In this document: positions 57,701 through 63,700 of the stretch, one piece after another
How the letters are laid out: each line of letters starts with the position of its first letter
Numbering within the stretch: the stretch's first letter is position 1
Source: Barthelona sp. PAP020
Taxonomy: Eukaryota
Direction: 5' to 3'
Length of the DNA: 64,000 bases
NCBI GenBank assembly: GCA_040182905.1
Contig: JARQWU010000019.1
Span: 1 to 64,000, forward strand
Made by a program: the position numbers and the translations under genes
The notes under the pieces: model-generated
Databases searched by the model: none
What the model saw: only the letters and a program-made list of their open reading frames with translations
What the model was told of the DNA's origin: nothing

Positions 57701-60700
57701 ACCAATTCAATTTATTGATAAAAACATCACTGTTACCAAAACGTTGAGAATTGGTGAAATTTAATTCATTGAAGATTGAATTATTTGCATTTTCCAAAAT
57801 CAACTGAGAATCAACAAAAACTGAATGATTCCAAAAGAATTGAGTAAAATTCTTTGAAACACTAACAATTGAGTCAGAAATCTTGCCATATTCAATAAAA
57901 TGAATGGTAGAATTTTCAATATCAATACTTGAGCCAATCAACAACAAAGAATCAATCTTATTGACTTCAGTTGCATTCATTTTTATTTGTGTATTTACAT
58001 TGCCATACAGATTACCAAAGGTATCAATAAAAGCATTGAATATATCCAATACACTATATTTATAAATATAAACATCATTCAATGTATTGATTTCAGTAAA
58101 ATTACCAAAAATTACTTCAGAATTGCTTAAAATATCAACATCTAAAATATTAACACCTTTAAAATGTTGTACTTCCATGAATGATTTGCTCTCAATATGA
58201 ATAGCCTTAATGTCTTCATAGAAAATAGTATTGTTCATTGTTAATGTAGAAGTAGATTTCAAATATATCCTGGTGATATCATCAATAAAAGACGCATCAT
58301 AAACCCTTAAAATAGCTTCATCTTGTAAATTAATGTCTTCAATACGACATCCAGAATACACATCAACCCAATTCATCATATCGTACTTACCTTGAAGTGT
58401 TAATGCAACCAAAAGATTTATTTTTTCAAAATAAACATCTTGTGTAAAAATTAAAGTAAAATCAAAATCACAAACAGTTGTAGCTGTAAAATTAATATCA
58501 TAAAAATACCAATTATTAAAAGATGAAGCTTTATCAAATGTTAATAATGTCAAATTAACAAAAGTAGATGAGATAATTCTTCCAAAAGTTTGAACATTTT
58601 TAAATATTGAAACTGTTAAAATTGAATTTTCCACAAATATCTCTGCCTCTACACATTTACTCTTTGTTAAAAATTGTTTAGCAAAAATGGTTGATTTGTC
58701 GAGAGTGACATTATTTGTAAATTGAATGATATTGAAATCACTATTGCTTAAATCATGATAAAATGTTTCAATAACAACATATTTGCTATCGTAAAAATTA
58801 AAAACATTTTTATTCAAAATTGAAGTAATTTTACAATTTAAATCATAAAAATGAGTAAACTTAAGGGTACTGTTGCCATATATCAATCCTTCATTTGTCC
58901 AATTTCCCAATTGAATAATTTTCATTTCATCTTCAAAATTATCCAAAGAATAGAAATAAATATCTCCTTCATTTAAGAATTCATCACTCATTCTCAAGTG
59001 AACATACACATTTAACTTACCCTTAATAGTATTTACAAATGAATAATTTTGAAATATTGTGATGGGACATAACATGTTAATGGTTGCTTCATTAACTAAA
59101 TTTCCATCTTTTTCAATGTATATTCTGGTAACTTCAATATTCCAATCATCAAAATCGGAAGGAATTTCTAACTTAGTGATAAAATCAAAATCATCAACAG
59201 CTTGATTAACAATTGAAGAATTGGCTAATATATAATTTTCCAATCCCTTTAAAATACCTTTCCTTGTTACAATGTTCAAAGAATTTTTTTGCTTGTCACC
59301 AACAAAAACACCATCTTGTATGGTGAAATTTTCAACAATAATTGTATCAAAACCACTACGATTTCCTTCAATTAATTCATATTTTAGAATATTAACGTTC
59401 TCATTTGTATTGAATATGGTATTTCCATATTTTTGTTCAATTAAATGCAAAGATAAAGGATTTGTTAAAATATTAAAAACTAAAGTTGAACTTGTTGTTC
59501 TAATACCTTTAATTGCGGTGATATCACTGAATAAATCGATATCAACATAAGAAGAAAGACAAATTAAAATAGAAGGTAAATAATAGAATGAAGTCTGTTT
59601 CATCAATAATTTTGTATTTATTACACTAATTTCACAAGTTTCACTAATATCCATCACATTATAAGACAATAAATGAACATTATTCTTTTCATTACCAATA
59701 TCTCTAAAACGAATATATGTTCCTGAACAACCTAAAACATTTAATAATTCAGTTTGATGGTAAAAATTAATCCCACCTTTATTAATGGTATAACCTTTTT
59801 GTGAAACTTCCGTATAATTAACATACATATTCAGAATCACATTGGATGAAACCAAAAATTGATTATAATTGATAAAATAACAATCATGTGATGATTCAAA
59901 ACTATTAAAAAGAAGATTGATCAATATTTGAACTTCTCCATAGTTAACAAATTCTTTAAGTTCAACAATAAAGTTAGTGTTTTGTAAAAAGTACACAGAA
60001 CCAGTAATTTCATTTTCAACAAGTAAATGAAGTTTACAATTTGATTTTACATTGAATACTCCATTATTTATAATAGTTCCACCAACAATTTCCCAATACG
60101 ATGTTATTAACATGTCATTATTGTTAATAATACGAGAATTTTCAGATATTATTAATTTTTGATATGTTGTCGTTGCATCATTAGAAAAATAGAAATCATT
60201 TTCATTATATATAAATATATTACCATCAAGAATAATATCACCAGTATTAAACCACAAAGTTTTGATGTTTTTAATGTATAAATTGCCAAAAATTGAAACT
60301 TTTTCAAATTGACTGACACTCATCAAAATTAAATGATCAGTTCCATTTAATACAGTATTAATTAAATGCGAATTTCGAATAGTAACATCTTCATTTGATT
60401 GAAAATCAATATATGAATTATTTGAAGTGATAGAATTAATTTCCATTGAATTTTGATTATTTTTGAAATATATGTGACTATTATCGATAAAATATTCCTT
60501 ATTAGAAATTGTACTATTTGAAAATGTATTATTATCAGTAAAATCTAAACAAACAAGACGAATTGAAGTTTCAGAGTTAATAAAACTAGAATTACCATGT
60601 TTTAAATCAAAAATATCAATAATAAACAATGAATTGTTCATAAATAGACTTATATAAGATTGATCAAATTTAAAACTATTTGATCTATTTGATAACTCAT

Positions 60701-63700
60701 TTATAGTTTCATTAATTAATGAATTAACATTTTGATCAATATAATAAACAGAATTCATTGTTAAAAAGAGTATTTCAATGGTCGAATTTATCATAACAAA
60801 TTTTTGTTCATTTTCAAAATATTCCATCAAATATGCATCATTAGCAATGAAATTTGAATCAATTAGAGAAATATCATTGTGAAAAACAACAATATTATTG
60901 AAATTGGATTTGTTAAAACATGAAAATTTCAAATCAAAGAGAATTACTGAATTATCAATAAAATTGATTCTAGCATAATTATGAAATGAAACTTGTTCAT
61001 ATGTTAAACTATCCGGAATGGCAAAATGCACAGAATGTGCTGATTCAAGATAATTATTGTTTATTAAATTCAAAACAGATATAATATGCCATTGTTTCAA
61101 GTATAATTCATAAGAATTTATGTATAAATAACCATTATTTATGAAAGTATTCTCGATATTAACAGAACCCCAAATGTACATTTCACCATTAATGGTGTTT
61201 TGAATATTCCCATCAATAGAAAAATTGGAATTGCATGTAATATTTAAAGTTTGATTGTTTATTAACATTGAATTTTCAATAATCTTAATTTCAAGATATT
61301 TCCAATCACTCAAATTTTTAGGTTGATTTTCATCTGTCAATAACGTCATTATACCATTGTTTATAAGTGTTGTTTCTTTATCCAAACATAACAATTCGCT
61401 ATCAATAATAGAACTATCATTTAAAATTCTTGTAATACCTTTGTCAACAAAACAACCTTTATTCCATTTCATTTTGTAAACATTTAAATATCCTATATTG
61501 GTTCTATTACCACCATTAATTAATTCTAAAAAATTAATGAATGATTCTAAAGGTAAATCAATATTTAAATTAGCTCTATCTACAATAACATTATTCAATT
61601 TCAAATTTGTATTTAGATTATTGAAATGAACAATAGAATTACTCAAATAGAAATTAGAAGTATTATATATATTTGCTGAATTATTAAATTTTAAATATCC
61701 ATAAACAAACACTTGATTTTTTTCTGTGAAATTAAAATCACAACCAATACAATATACTTTCGAATGAGTATAAATCGTTAATGCTCCTGATGATTCAAAG
61801 TACCCTTGTAAATATGATATACCTGAATAAAATTTAACATATGAACTTGCTAAAGCCTTAAACTCCCCATGTATTTCAATTCCTTCTCTTATTATAAAAG
61901 TATTGTTAAACAGTTCCGTTGTAGCATTATCATGTTCATAGTAATTGATTTGCATATCAACGGTGGAATTAAAATGAATCAGATTGTAATTCTCAAATTT
62001 AGAAGGTTCCGAAATAGTTGATAAATCATCCTTTTTAAATACAATTTCTCGACAAGTGGAAATGAATCCATAATTAATGAAAGAATGTATTTTAATTTCT
62101 GGTCTATAAGCAAATGAACTACAATCAAAATAGATATTTCCTTTGTTTAAAAAGATACTTTTTGTTTCACTCAAAATATTTCGATAAATGTACATATCTC
62201 CATAATTATAAAAAACTCCATCGTAAAGTTCCCATCTAGAATCAATATACATAATACCACTATTATTTAAATAAGCAGTAGGTCCAAATTCTACCATAAA
62301 ATATTTGTTATGATTGGGATAATCATCTTGTAGTATATAGATCAAATTTTTATTAAATAAACGTACATTTTCGTGGAAATTTACCGGAGACTTTTTAAAA
62401 GTCAAGATTCCATAATTGACTATGGCTAAATTATTGTGAAAACTAGAACTATCAACAACTAAAACATCAAGAAAATGTAATTCATCAGATCCATAAAATT
62501 CAGTTCCATAAAACGTTACATTATACATATAAACGGGTAAACCAGTATCAAAATAAATATTTGAGTCAGATAACTCCAATTGAGTGCTATTAATGGAATT
62601 GTGCAAATCAATATAATGAATAGTGGATGTTTTGACTATGGATTCCATACAATCGATACTAACATTGTCAAAATATACCACAGAGTTTACTATATACATC
62701 TTATCCACAGTTATATTAGCAGTATTATTAAATACGATTCTACTGTTCTTAATCGTTAAAACAGAACAACCTGTAAAATTTCCATAAAAATCACCAGTAA
62801 AACCATCCAATGCAAAAGTGCCTTCACATGCATTAATGCTGGTTTCATTTGCAAACGTCAAAGCTTTATTGATAGGAGTCACACTAACTGTCTCACCAGA
62901 ATATTTGTTAACAATGTCACTTGACATAGCAATAATGTGCAAGAAAGAATCAATCGATTTGATGAAGAAATCTCCTTCATGATATCCACCTTCTCCAAAA
63001 ATAACTCTACCATCAACAATGTTCCAAACACTATGTATGTTTCTTGTATCAACAATGGATCTAAACGTTACTGCTGCACTATCATAGATACCAACATAAT
63101 TGAAATTTGTAAATTTATCGCCAACCATTAATGAACTCCCACTTATCTTAAATATACCAATATTCTCAAAATTATCAAACAATATAAATCTCTCTTGATC
63201 TCTGTGTTCTTCAAAAGTCATGATATCAAAACTATATTCATTTAAACTGTAACTGCCTAAATTCAAATGACAATATGCTCTCAAATTACCATAATTCAAA
63301 AGAGAAGAATTCTCTCCAGTCTGTGATAAGATAAAATTAGTTTCAAAGGATACTGTACCCAAAGGCATGTTGATAAATTTGGCATCATTTTCAATATTCA
63401 AGACTGCCCATGGCATTGAATCCAAAGTAACGTAAGATTTTTGTTCAACAAATTTCAACAAACCATAGTTAGTAATAACAGAGGAATATCCAAGATAAAA
63501 GTCAGAAATTTTAAAAACAGTTGATTCTCCGAACAAATTCATCCTGACATTGTCAAGAAATCCACCACCATACCATTGAAAGATAGAACTGACATTAATG
63601 ACATCATGCCCATCTCTAAAACTACTGTACATAATCATTTGATCAATAACAACATCATGAGAAGTATTGAATGTAATATTTGAATGTCTTATATCAAAAA

